Both the position numbers and the translations under genes were made by a program. This document shows, in pieces, positions 26,346 through 37,229 of a stretch of DNA of 64,000 nucleotides. The notes under the pieces were generated by a model that saw only the letters and a program-made list of their open reading frames with translations, made no database searches and had not been told where the DNA came from. The stretch lies in assembly GCA_026770705.1 (NCBI GenBank), contig JANJGN010000010.1:90830001-90894000 (forward strand). Direction: 5' to 3'. This stretch comes from Isurus oxyrinchus (lineage: Eukaryota). Numbering within the stretch: the stretch's first letter is position 1; the number at the start of each line of letters is the position of its first letter.

Positions 26346-26607
26346 GTAAGAGTTTAAGCACTGTTAAAAATACTGCAAAATAACATTTTTAAAAATTAAA
26401 GACATATTCAGTCTCACACACACAAATTCAGCATGTTCATCCTTGATCAATGGTTATTAGGTGAGATTTTAAAAATATGTAGGATCTGGTTGGTATGGAA
26501 TAAAGGGATCTGAAGCTCTCAACCATGGGCTGTGTTGCCAGCTCTGGTACCGAATGGAGATTGCAAGGTAAATCTGGGCTGAATATTTATATTGTCCACA
26601 GTTCTTT

Positions 26608-27250
26608 TGTATTCATTTATGGGATGTTGAGGTGGCTGGCTAGGCTAGCATTTATTGCCTATCCTTAGTTGCCCGTGGGAAGGTGGGCAAGTGGCCTTCT
26701 TGAACCACTGCAGCCCATGTGGTGTAGTAAGGAGGGGGTTCCAGCATTTTGGCCCAGCTTTAGTGAGGGATTTATTTCCAAGTCAGGATGGTGAGTGACT
26801 GGGAGGGGAAATTTCAGGTGGTGGTGTTCCCATCTATCTGCTGCACTTGTCATTCTAGATGGTAGCGGTCATGGGTTTGGAAGGTGCTGCTTAAGGAGCC
26901 TTGGTGAATTCTTGCAGTGCATCTTGTAGATGGTACACACTGCTGCAACTGTGCCTCAGTGGTGGAGGGAGTGAATGTTTCTGAAGGGGTGCCAATCAAG
27001 TGGGCTGCTTTGCCCTGGATAGTGTCAAGCATCTTGAGTGTTGTTGGAGCTGCCCTTATCCAGGCAAGTGGGGAGCATTCCATCACATTCCTGACTTGTG
27101 CCTTGTCGATGGTGGACAGGCTTTGGGGAGTCCAGAGATGAGTTACTCGCTGCAGGATTCCTAGCCTCTGACCTGTCTTGTAGCCACAGTACTTATAGCT
27201 AGTCTAATTCAGTTTCTGGTCAACGGTAACCCCCAGGATGTTGATAGTAA
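26608..27250 (-). mobile_element. CR1/L2-group LINE RT C-terminus and 3' tail (same family as 10922 and 12282)
   Basis: Minus strand KAQVRNVMECSPLAWIRAAPTTLKMLDTIQGKAAHLIG, plus the shared 3' tail. Confidence 0.85.
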
Positions 27251-27389
27251 GTTGAGTATAAGATCAGCTGGAAACACTACAGGAACTGCCCAGAGCCTGA
27301 AGATCACATCATCTGCTTCATAGTGAATTGTGAAGCAGATTATAAGAAATTGCAAATTTATGGATTAGCAAGTGGGAAGCCTGTTAGCC

Positions 27390-27785
27390 AATGTAATTGT
27401 GGAGAGACGCCCACCTTAGGAAGGACATATTGGCCTTGCAGGGATTTAAATTTTCTAGGGATGCGCAGTATAAAGGGCAACCAATTGAATGTTTAAAATA
27501 ATGAAGGGCATCTAGAACAAGGATCTTAGGATCAGAACTGAAGAAGCTAATAGTGAATGCAGGAAAGGTTGTGAATTTTGGAATGCAGTGACCCAGAAAT
27601 CCATAGGCACAAGGTTGATTAAGAGAATTTAGAAAGGAGAGGGTCTTTTACTTGGAAAGCAAGGGAGGTATTAAGGGACATGGAGAAAGCTTGGAATTGA
27701 AGAGACAAAGTTAGTATGACAAAATAGCAAAGCAGAATTGATGGGCTGAATGGCCTAGTGCTGTTCTTATTTTCCTTTGTGCAAC
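27390..27785 (+). mobile_element. Highly decayed CR1 3' fragment
   Basis: ttaggaaggacatattggcctt, gttgtgaattttggaatg and the tail gatgggctgaatggcct. Confidence 0.6.
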
Positions 27786-28392
27786 ATGTTTATAACCCAG
27801 AAGAAATGTCTGAGTGCATAAGTCCGAAATCTGAATTTGGTGCTGTGTATGATTGTCATAACTTTTGGCTCCCAATCTCAGTGCTCTGATGCACCACATT
27901 ACACCATGGATGTGAGGAGGGTGGCTATGATAATTATTTTCATATAGGTTCATGCAATTTTTCATTTTCTAAGCATCTGACTCCAACATAGTCACAAGTG
28001 AGCAGCAGGAAGCTTGTGCCCCTATGCAGTTTGAAAGAATAAAAAGTGATGGGAAGTGCGTGGGGATTGGGTCGAGGCACAATTTTTGCTCCTTCGTTGT
28101 GAGGTAATGATGATATCATTTAATATACAATGACTGTGCAATTGACTAAAGAACAATGTTATTAAATTGATCTTGCAAAATTTCTGTAACCAGAAATATG
28201 TTGCATCATAACTTTAGGGTCTAGAGTCCTTGATGGCAGTAGTGGCAAGGCTGAATGGTTAAGATGGAAGTGACAGGCACTCAGCAGAACTAATGTGACT
28301 GCTACATAACAAAATGTCTTATGACTGAGGTTCTATCTTTAATAAAATGCAGTATATTCCTACTGTAATATGCAGTGCTTATTCTGTTGCAG

Positions 28393-28551
28393 GATTGTGT
28401 GGTAATTTCAATGGTGATCCTAAGAATGACTTCAGAAGTAGTATGGGAATATTGGAACACGCTGCTGCACATTTTGTGAATTCCTGGCAGGTTGATTACC
28501 ACTGTAAACCTGCTATTAATAAACAGCCATGCAAATCTGCCATGTCAAACT
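28393..28551 (+). CDS. MUC6: Mucin exon E: GLCGNFNGDPKNDFRSSMGILEHAAAHFVNSWQVDYHCKPAINKQPCKSAMSN (end of VWD)
   Basis: Canonical GLCGNFNGD..ND VWD motif. gttgcAG acceptor, GTaagt donor, 159 nt, phase 1-1. Confidence 0.93.
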
Positions 28552-28738
28552 GTAAGTACGTTTTACAAATATGCATCCTGTTCTAAATTATACCTTGAAT
28601 TGGTTTCATGCTATGCATGGAGCCAAGTGGGCAATATCTAAATCCCTGGTTTTTAAGGGCTAGGTGGACCAGACAAATGGGATGAAAGTCTCCCTGGAAA
28701 AACTCAGCAGGTCTGGCAGCATCGGCGGAGAAGAAAAG

Positions 28739-28777
28739 AGTTGACGTTTCGAGTCCTCATGACCCTTCAGCAGAACT
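28739..28777 (-). ncRNA. Minimal type-I hammerhead ribozyme motif (variant core) in Penelope 3' end
   Basis: Reverse complement is agtt-ctgctga-a-gggtc-atgag-gactc-gaaa-cgtc-aact. Confidence 0.65.
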
Positions 28778-29159
28778 GGGTGAATCCAAGGAGAGGGGTG
28801 AAATATAAGCTGGTTTAAGGTGTGGGGGCGGGGAGTGGTTGGGTGGGGGGAGAGAAGTGGAGGGGCGTGGTGTGGTTGTAGAGACAAGCAAGCAGTGATA
28901 GGAGCAGTTAATCAAAAGATGTCACAGACAAAAGAACAAAAGAACACAGGTGTTGAAGTTGGTGATATTATCTAAACGAATGTGCTAATTAAGAATGGAT
29001 GGTAGGTCACTCAAGGTATAGCTCTAGTGGGGATGGGGGGTCATAAAAGATTTAAAGATAATGGAAATAGGTGGGAAAAGAAAAATCTATATAAATTATT
29101 GGAAAAAAACAAAAGGAAGGGGGAAGAAACAAAAAGGGGGTGGGGATGGAGGAGGGAGT

Positions 29160-31241
29160 CCAAGATCTAAAGTTGTTGAATTCAGCATTCAATCCGGAAG
29201 GCTGTAAAGTGCCTAGTCGGAAGATGAGGTGCTGTTCCTCCAGTTTGCATTGGGCTTCACTGGAAAATGCAGCAAGCCAAGGACAGACAAGTGGGCAAGA
29301 GAGCAGGGTGGAGTGTTAAAATGGCAAGCGACAGGGAGGTTTGGGTCATTCTTGCAGACAGACCGCAGGTGTTCTGCAAAGCGGTCGCCCAGTTTACGTT
29401 TGGTCTCTCCAGTGTAGAGGAGACCGCATTGGGTGCAACGAATGCAGTAGACTAAGTTGGGGGAAATGCAAATGAAATGCTGCTTCACTTGAAAGGAGTG
29501 TTTGAGCCCTTGGACGGTGAGGAGAGAGGAAGTGAAGGGGCAGGTGTTGCATCTTTTGCGTGGGCATGGGTGGAGTGTTAAAATGGCAAGCGACAGGGAG
29601 GTTTGGGTCATTCTTGCAGACAGACCGCAGGTGTTCTGCAAAGCGATCGCCCAGTTTACGTTTGGTCTCTCCAATGTTGAGGAGACCGCATTGGGTGCAA
29701 CGAATGCAGTAGACTAAGTTGGGGGAAATGCAAGTGAAATGCTGCTTCACTTGAAAGGAGTGTTTGAGCCCTTGGACGGTGAGGAGAGAGGAAGTGAAGG
29801 GGCAGGTGTTGCATCTTTTGCGTGGGCATGGGAAGGTGCCATAGGTGGGGGTTGAGAAGTAGGGGGTGATGGAGGAGTGGACCAGGGTGTCCCGGAGGGA
29901 GCGATCCCTACGGAATGCCGATGGGGGGGGTGAAGGGAAGATGTGTTTGGTGGTGGTATCATGCTGGAGTTGGCGGAAATGGCGGAGGATGATCCTTTGA
30001 ATGCGGAGGCTGGTGGGGTGATAAGTGAGGACAAGGGGGACCCTATCATGTTTCTGGGAGGGAGGAGAAGGCGTGAGGGAGGATGTGCGGGAGATGGGCC
30101 GGACACGGTTGAGGGCCCTGTCAACGACCGTGGATGGAAAACCTCAGTTAAGGAAGAAGGAGGACATGTCAGAGGAACTGTTTTTGAAGGTAGCATCATC
30201 AGAACAGATGCGACGGAGGCGAAGGAACTGAGAGAATGGGATGGAATCCTTACAGGAGCGGGGTGTGAGGAGCTGTAATCGAGGTAGCTGTGGGAGTTGG
30301 TAGGCTTGTAATGGATATTGGTGGACAGTCTATCATCAGAGATTGAGACAGAGAGGTCAAGGAAGGGAAGAAAAGTGTCAGAGATGGACCACGTGAAAAT
30401 GATAGAGGGGTGGAGATTGGAAGCAAAATTAATAAATTTTTCCAAGTCCCGACCAGAGCATGAAGCAGCACCGAAGTAATCATGTACCGGAGAAAGAGTT
30501 GTGGAAGGGGGCCGGAGTAGGACTGGAACAAGGAATTTTCCACATACCCCATAAAGAGACAGGCATAGCTGGGGCCCATGCAGTTACCGATAGCCACACC
30601 TTTTATTTGGAGGAAGTGAGAGGAGTTGAAGGAGAAATTGTTCAGTGTGAGAACAAGTTCAGCCAGACGGAGGAGAGTAGTGAAGGATGGGGATTGTTTG
30701 GGCCTCTGTTCGAGGAAGAAGCTAAGGGCCCTCAGACCATCCTGGTGGGGGATGGAGGTGTAAAGGGATTGGACGTCCATGGTGAAGAGGAAGCGGTTGG
30801 GGCCAGGGAACTGGAAATTGTTGAGGTGACGTTTGGTGTCAGAGGAATCACGGATGTAGGTGGGAAGGGACTGGACAAGGGGAGAGAGAAGGGAGTCAAG
30901 ATAACGAGAAATGAGTTCCGTGGGGCAGGAGCAAGCTGACACGATCGGTCTACCGGTACTGTTCTGTTTGTGGATTTTGGGTAGGAGTTGGAGCGGGCCG
31001 TCCGAGGTTGGGCGACTATCAGGTTGGAAGCTGTGGGAGGAAGATCTCCAGAGGAGATGAGGTCAGTGACAGTCCTGGAAACAATGGCTTGATGTTCAGT
31101 GGTGGGGTCATGGTCCAGGGAGAGGTAGGAGGAAGTGTCTGCGAGTTGATGCTCAGCCTCCGCGAGGTAGAGGTCAGTGCACCAGACAACAACAGCACCA
31201 CCCTTGTCAGCAGGTTTGATGACAATGTTGGGGTTGGACCT
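29160..31241 (-). pseudogene. Penelope RT-GIY-YIG, left arm (5'-truncated, frameshifted)
   Basis: IVIKPADKGG, FTMDVQSLYTSIPH, GVAIG..GPSYACLFM, VYCIRCTQCGLLY.GET. The YIDD motif is destroyed at ~30480. Confidence 0.92.
29306..29829. repeat. 262-bp direct tandem duplication within the left Penelope arm
   Basis: gggtggagtgttaaaatggc starts at 29306 and again at 29568. Absent from the right arm and from the copy at 41862. Confidence 0.92.
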
Positions 31242-33665
31242 GCGCCGCCAAATGAACACACTCGACCTCTCCCTCCAGCAGCACCGCCGTACCCTTTTTC
31301 AAAGCTGCGCATGCCCCCAGTTTCATTTTATTCTTCATCTCATCCGACGCCTTTACAAGAAAATTTTTCTCTTTCTCTCAAAGGCTAAGGAACGCAAGCT
31401 CCAACAACTCATGGACACCAACACCCATCTAGAATCCTCCACCCCTGCCTGCCCCTCCGTCCCCACCCCATCTTCCAATCCCAGCCCTGGCCGTGTATTC
31501 ACTATACCCCATGACCTTCCCTTCTCTGATGCTGAACGTTCAGTACTCAGCAAAGGACTTAGTTTCATACCCTTACGCCCTCATCTCAATGAATTTCGGG
31601 CTCGGCACGATGCTGAACTCTTCTTCCGCCGCCGTCGTCTCCGGGCTCACTTCTTTGGGCAGGAGTCCTCTCCCTGTTCAACGGATCCTTTTACCCACAT
31701 CCAATATTCTCCTTCCACCTGGACCCCTCCCTCTGGATTCTTACCTTCTCTTGATCTTTTCATTGAGAACTGTCAGTGCGACATTAGTCGTCTCAATTTC
31801 TCTGCTCCTCTCACCCACTCTAACCTGTCTCTCTCTGAACTTACTGCACTCCGTTCTCTCAGGTCCAACCCCAGCATTGTCATCAAACCCGCTGACAAGG
31901 GTGGTGCTGTTGTTGTCTGGCGCACTGACCTCTACCTCGCAGAGGCTGAGCGTCAACTCGCAAACACTTCCTCCTACCTCTCCCTGGACCATGACCCCAC
32001 CACTGAACATCAAGCCATTGTTTCCAGGACTGTCACTGACCTCATCTCCTCTGGAGATCTTTCCCCCACAGCTTCCAACCTGATGGCCACCCAACCTCGT
32101 ACAGCCCGCTTCTACCTCCTACCCAAAATCCACAAACAGAACGGTAGACTGATTGTGTCAGCTTGCTCCTGCCCCACACAACTCATTTCTTGCTATCTTG
32201 ACTCCCTTCTCTCTCCCCTTGTCCAGTCCCTTCCCACCTGCATCTGTGATTCCTCTGACACCAAACGTCACCTCAACAATTTCCAGTTCCCTGGTCCCAG
32301 CCGCTTCCTCTTCGCCATGGACGTCCAATCCCTCTACACATCCATCCCCCACCAGGATGGTCTGAGAGCCCTTAGCTTCTTCCTCGAACAAAGGCCCGAA
32401 CAATCCCCATCCACCACTACTCTCCTCCGTCTGGCTGAACTTGTTCTCACGCTGAACAATTTCTCCTTCAACTCCTCTCACTTCCTGCAAATAAAAGGTG
32501 TGGCTATGGGTACCCACATAGGCCCCAGCTATGCCTGCCTCTTTATGGTGTATGTGGAAAATTCCTTGTTCCAGTCCTACTCCGGCCCCCTTCCACAACT
32601 CTTTCTCCGGTACATGATTACTTCGGTGCTGCTTCATGCTCTGGTCGGGACTTGGAAAAATTTATTAATTTTGCTTCCAATCTCCACCCCTCCATCATTT
32701 TCACGTGGTCCATCTCTGACACTTCCCTTCCCTTCCTTGACCTCTCTGTCTCAATTTCTGGTGATAGACTGTCCACCAATATCCATTACAAGCCTACCAA
32801 TTCCCACAGCTACCTCAACTACAGCTCTTCACACCCCACTCCTGTAAGGATTCCATCCCATTCTCTCAGTTCCTTCACCTCCGTCGCATCTGTTCTGATG
32901 AAAAAACAGTTCCTCTGACATGTCCTCCTTCTTCCTTAACCGAGGTTTTCCACCCACTGTCGTTGACAGGGCCCTCAACCGTGTCCGGCCCATCTCCCGC
33001 GCATCTGCCCTCATGCCTTCTCCTCCCTCCCAGAAACATGATAGGGTCCCCCTTGTCCTCACTTATCACCCCACCAGCTTCTGCATTCATAGGATCATCC
33101 TCCGCCATTTCCGCCAAATCCAACATGATGCCACCATCAAACACATCTCCTCTTCACCCCCCACTATCGGCATTCCGTAGGGATCGTTCCCTCCGGGACA
33201 CCCTGGTCCACTCCTCCAACACCCCCTACTCCTCAACCCCCACCTATGGCACCTCCCCATACCCATGCAAAAGATGCAACACCTGCCCCTTCACTTCCTC
33301 TCTCCTCACCGTCCAAGGGCTCAAACACTCCTTTCAAGTGAAGCAGCATTTCACTTGCATTTCCCCCAACTTAGTCTACAGTATTCGTTGCACCCAATGC
33401 GGTCTCCTCTGCACTGTAGAGACCAAACGTAAACTGGGCGACCGCTTTGCAGAACACCTGCGGTCTGTCTGCAAGAATGACCCAAACCTCCCTGTCGTTT
33501 GCCATTTTAACACTCCACCCTGCTCTCTTGCCCACATGTCTGTCCTTGGCTTGCTGCATTGTTCCAGTGAAGCCCAACGCAAACTGGAGGAACAGCACCT
33601 CATCTTCCGACTAGGCACTTTACAGCCTTCCGGACTGAATATTGAATTCAACAACTTTAGATCTG
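31242..33665 (+). pseudogene. Penelope RT-GIY-YIG, right arm (5'-truncated, frameshifted)
   Basis: ORFs 31177-32847, 32652-32918, 32920-33180 and 32963-33775 tile the polyprotein. Same 4-bp loss in YIDD at ~32615. Confidence 0.92.
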
Positions 33666-34086
33666 AAACTCCCTCCTCCATCCCCACCCCCTTTCTGTTT
33701 CTTCCCCCTTCCTTTTGTTTTTTTCCAATAATTTATATAGATTTTTCTTTTCCCATCTATTTCCATTATTTTTAAATCATTTATGCCCCCCACACCCACT
33801 AGAGCTATACCTTGAGTGCCCTACCATCCATTCTTATTTAGCGCATTCGTTTAGATAATATTACCAACTTCAACACCTCTGTGTTCTTTTGTCTGTGACA
33901 TCTTTTGATGATCTGCTCCTATCACTGCTTGCTTGTCCCTACAACCACACCACCCCCCTCCACTTCTCTCCCCCCACCCAACCACCCCCCGCCCCCACTC
34001 CCACCCCCCCAACACCACCCCCCACCCCGCCCCCCCCCACACACCTTAAACCAGCTTATATTTCACCCCTCTCCTTGGATTCACCC

Positions 34087-34125
34087 AGTTCTGCTGAAGG
34101 GTCATGAGGACTCGAAACGTCAACT
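34087..34125 (+). ncRNA. Minimal type-I hammerhead ribozyme motif (variant core) in Penelope 3' end
   Basis: Stem I agtt/aact, core CTGCTGA, stem II gggtc/gactc, GAAA, palindromic ACGT helix III, predicted GUC cleavage after 34121. Confidence 0.65.
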
Positions 34126-34431
34126 CTTTTCTTCTTCGCCGATGCTGGCAGACCTGCTGAGTTTGTCCAGGTAATTCTGTTTTTGTTTTTGATTTCCAGC
34201 ATCCGCAGTTTTTTGTTTTTATATTTTTACATGAAAGTCCCCCTGCCTGTTGTCTGCAGGATGATAATTTTCCGAGTTTGTGCCTGGCGCACTGGCCATG
34301 CAAACCTAAAATCTTCAGGAGCATCGGAAATGCAAACTAGCCTTAAGGCTCCACTTGAAATGGATATGAGCACCAAAAACTCAATTCTTCTTGGGCATCT
34401 TTCACAGCACAAAACTGCATCTAGTCAAAGA

Positions 34432-34850
34432 AAGAAAGGCTTGCATTTATACATTTGTACCACTCTTCATGACCACAGGACATTTGAAAGTGCTTTACAG
34501 CCAATGAAGTACTTTTAAAGTGTAGCCCATGTTGTAAGTAGAAAACACTGCAGCTAATTTACACACAGCAAGCTCCAACAAATAGCGATGTGATAATGGC
34601 CAGATAATCTGTTTTTTTGATGTTGATTGAAGGCTAAATATTGACCAGGATACTGGGGATAATTCTCCTGGTCCTCTTTGATATAGTTCCATAGGATCTT
34701 TTACGTCCACTTCAGAAGGCAAACAGGGCCTTTCTCATCTGAAAGACGGCATCTCTGACATTCCAGCACTCCCTCTGGTCTTCACTGGAGTTTTCACCTT
34801 GATTTTTGTTGCTCACGTCCTAAAGTAGGACTTTAACCCAGAACCTTCAA
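34432..34850 (-). mobile_element. DeuSINE-family SINE (SacSINE1/AmnSINE1-like)
   Basis: Deu-type core (aaatattgaccagga..ctcttt..gttccataggatcttttac..tctcatctgaaagac), B-box-like ggactttaaccc and tail cttgcatttata..gctttacagccaatgaagtactttt. Confidence 0.75.
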
Positions 34851-34869
34851 CAATAACTGGTGACAAGTT

Positions 34870-35085
34870 GTAGTTATGGCTTCAAGCCCCACCACAGCGT
34901 AGGCTGATAATACTGGATGGAGGATGTGTTGCATTGTCAAAGGTAATATCTTTCAGAACAGATATTAAACTTATGACCCCTAAATCTGTTCAGCAGATAG
35001 AAACGATCCCATGGCATTATGCTGGAAGAAGAGCAGGAAATTCTTTCAATTAATATTTTGGCCTCAACCATTCCAACCAAAACAT
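34870..35085 (+). mobile_element. Decayed DeuSINE fragment, opposite orientation to its neighbour
   Basis: gcttcaagccccac B-box-like sequence and gatcccatggcattat..gaagaagagcagg core. Confidence 0.55.
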
Positions 35086-36139
35086 ATTGGAGTGGATTTT
35101 AACCTTTCTTCCCAAACGCTGCATGGAACCGAACGGGGGAGCCTAATTCAGTGAGTGAATTTACCAACTTGAGGTCACTTCATTCCTGCCCAGCCTAATG
35201 ACATTAGTGGCACCACAATGTTATTTTACTAAAACTTGAGAGAGGAGATCCAGTTGGCAACCCTCCAGCACAGTGGCAACAAGAGCCAAGGTAAAGCTCC
35301 TATTTTACTCTTCAGGATTCTTGCTGAAAAGAAAAACATGTTGCTGAAGCCTTTCATCTTGCACTCATCAGGACAAATGGAAGAATGCCAAATTCCAAAC
35401 GATTGCAACAATTTATATATACTACAGGACTAAAGGATGCTGACTAGTTGGCATGTTGACTCTGTTTGACCGAGGTGTTGCCATAAAGAAAGCAACAGGA
35501 ATTATAGGTTCCCCAAGCTCCCTGGCAATTCAAAAAAAGGTCCAAGGCTTGAACATAGCATTTTTGTAAGCAGAGAAATGGTCTCTACATATGAATCCAT
35601 GTTGCTTCAAGCAAGCGTAAATGAGCACCTGCCACGAGCTTGACAGATTATCTTAAATTGGTTGTTAGTGTAGCTGTTAGCACACTGAGGATTGTTCACC
35701 AATCAGCTAACTGAGCCAAAGTCAACTTTGCCAACTAACCAGCGCTCTTTTAACTTGTAGTATAAATTGGTGTGATCGTTTGAAATTTAGCATTCTTGTG
35801 TTTGTCTTGATGAGAGCAATATTCAAGGATTCCTTGGTAGCCAGGAAAAAAATGTTCCTCTGCACCTCTAATAGAATCTTTGGGCTTTCCCTGCCCCTAC
35901 CTTCCCTCTACATAATATACCAGGGACCAATCATTGGGTCCTGACAGCCTCCAGCTCCTGTTCCCATTGTCCAGCTTTGGTGTAATTCCTGCTGGCATCA
36001 GGCAGTAGACAGGTGTGAAAAAATAAAATGTAAATTAATTAAAAAGTTAAGCAGTTAAAACTAGCTTTGATCTCACTCAACACCAATCCTGAATCATGTT
36101 TCTTACATCCTCACTCACTTTCAGGTACCACAATAGTTT

Positions 36140-36580
36140 GCTCTCCCTTAGCAACTGCAGGGATGACTCCTGGGCGATAAGGGATATCCTCCAAGAACCT
36201 GGCTCATGATACTTGTGTGAAACCTAATAATGCAGCACAGGAGGGGTATAATGCGCCCCCCCCCCTGCCTCAATAAGAGCAACAATAGAACAAACTATCG
36301 GACTGCTGAACCGCTCAGCTGGAGTGCTTCAGTATGTGCCAGAAATAAACTTCGGGATCATTGTGATCTCCTGCGCTCTACACAAACTTGCACAGCAAAG
36401 TGGTAAGGAATTGCCAGACAGGGAGATGAAGGAGTTGATGCCTTCGTAGATGAAGAAGAAGGAGAAGAGCTTGATGTTTATGAGGGAATGCGTGTTGCAG
36501 CTCCAGCTGCAGATGTCAGGGTGATGGAACGACATGCCAGACAGGCCTGTGACACCCTCATTTTATCCAGATTCAGCAAA
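36140..36580 (+). pseudogene. Second Harbinger transposase remnant (C-terminal half)
   Basis: LLGDKGYPPRTWLM, QEGYN, RATIEQTIGLL, LQYVPE, SCALHKLA and an acidic tail. Confidence 0.78.
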
Positions 36581-37229
36581 AATTAGGTCCTTGCAAGATC
36601 TCTTGACCTCCTCCTCATAAATGTTGGGGTGTAAGTGCCAGCAGATCTACATTCCCCTAACCTCTGGCACCTGGAAGGAAAACCTCTGCAGGCACTTGGC
36701 ATGAGCAAGCCTATATGCATGGTTTCATCAAAGCCACGTACATTGGTGATTTGGAAGGAATTCACACATGACTTGATGACACACCCCAAACTCTGGCAAT
36801 GACTTGCTAATAACTCTATACGTTCACTGCAATACATGGAATGCCTCAGTTACAGACGCTGTTTAGACAACAGCTTCTGATGGATGATAAGGGGATGAGA
36901 ACCACATGTTGGCTTGCCAGCTAGGTGCCAAACCTCCAACATTACAAAGTTGCCTAAAGTAGAAACCTGCACATGTCAAGAGACTCAGAGATGCAACTAC
37001 TTACAAGACCACACAATAAATGGTGTTTCTGTAGGCCCTTAGCACTGATCATTGATAATCAGTAAAGTGCCACATCTCTAAATGCACCATCAGTTTGTAC
37101 ACTTCCCAACGTAACGACCATTCAATGCACATGAATAAAGTGATCCAAGCCATATATTTACACATGATTTATCATATCCATTAATTAACAGATGTTACCT
37201 AACACTACACTTTGCTACAGCCCCGACAT

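Larger units (their letters stand above)
28697..34230. mobile_element. Head-to-head (3' ends outward) Penelope-like retroelement pair forming a 5.5-kb palindrome
   Basis: 28697-31241 is the reverse complement of ~31861-34170, leaving a ~620-bp spacer. 15-bp flanking repeat atgaaagtctccctg (28682-28696) / atgaaagtccccctg (34231-34245). Confidence 0.93.

Noticed and set aside
31177-31241. N-terminus of the 556-aa ORF
   Set aside because: It is antisense left-arm sequence read across the inversion junction, not a real start.
35400-35820. Possible second Penelope-family 3' remnant ending in ttgatgag
   Set aside because: Too decayed. No complete hammerhead or readable protein motif.
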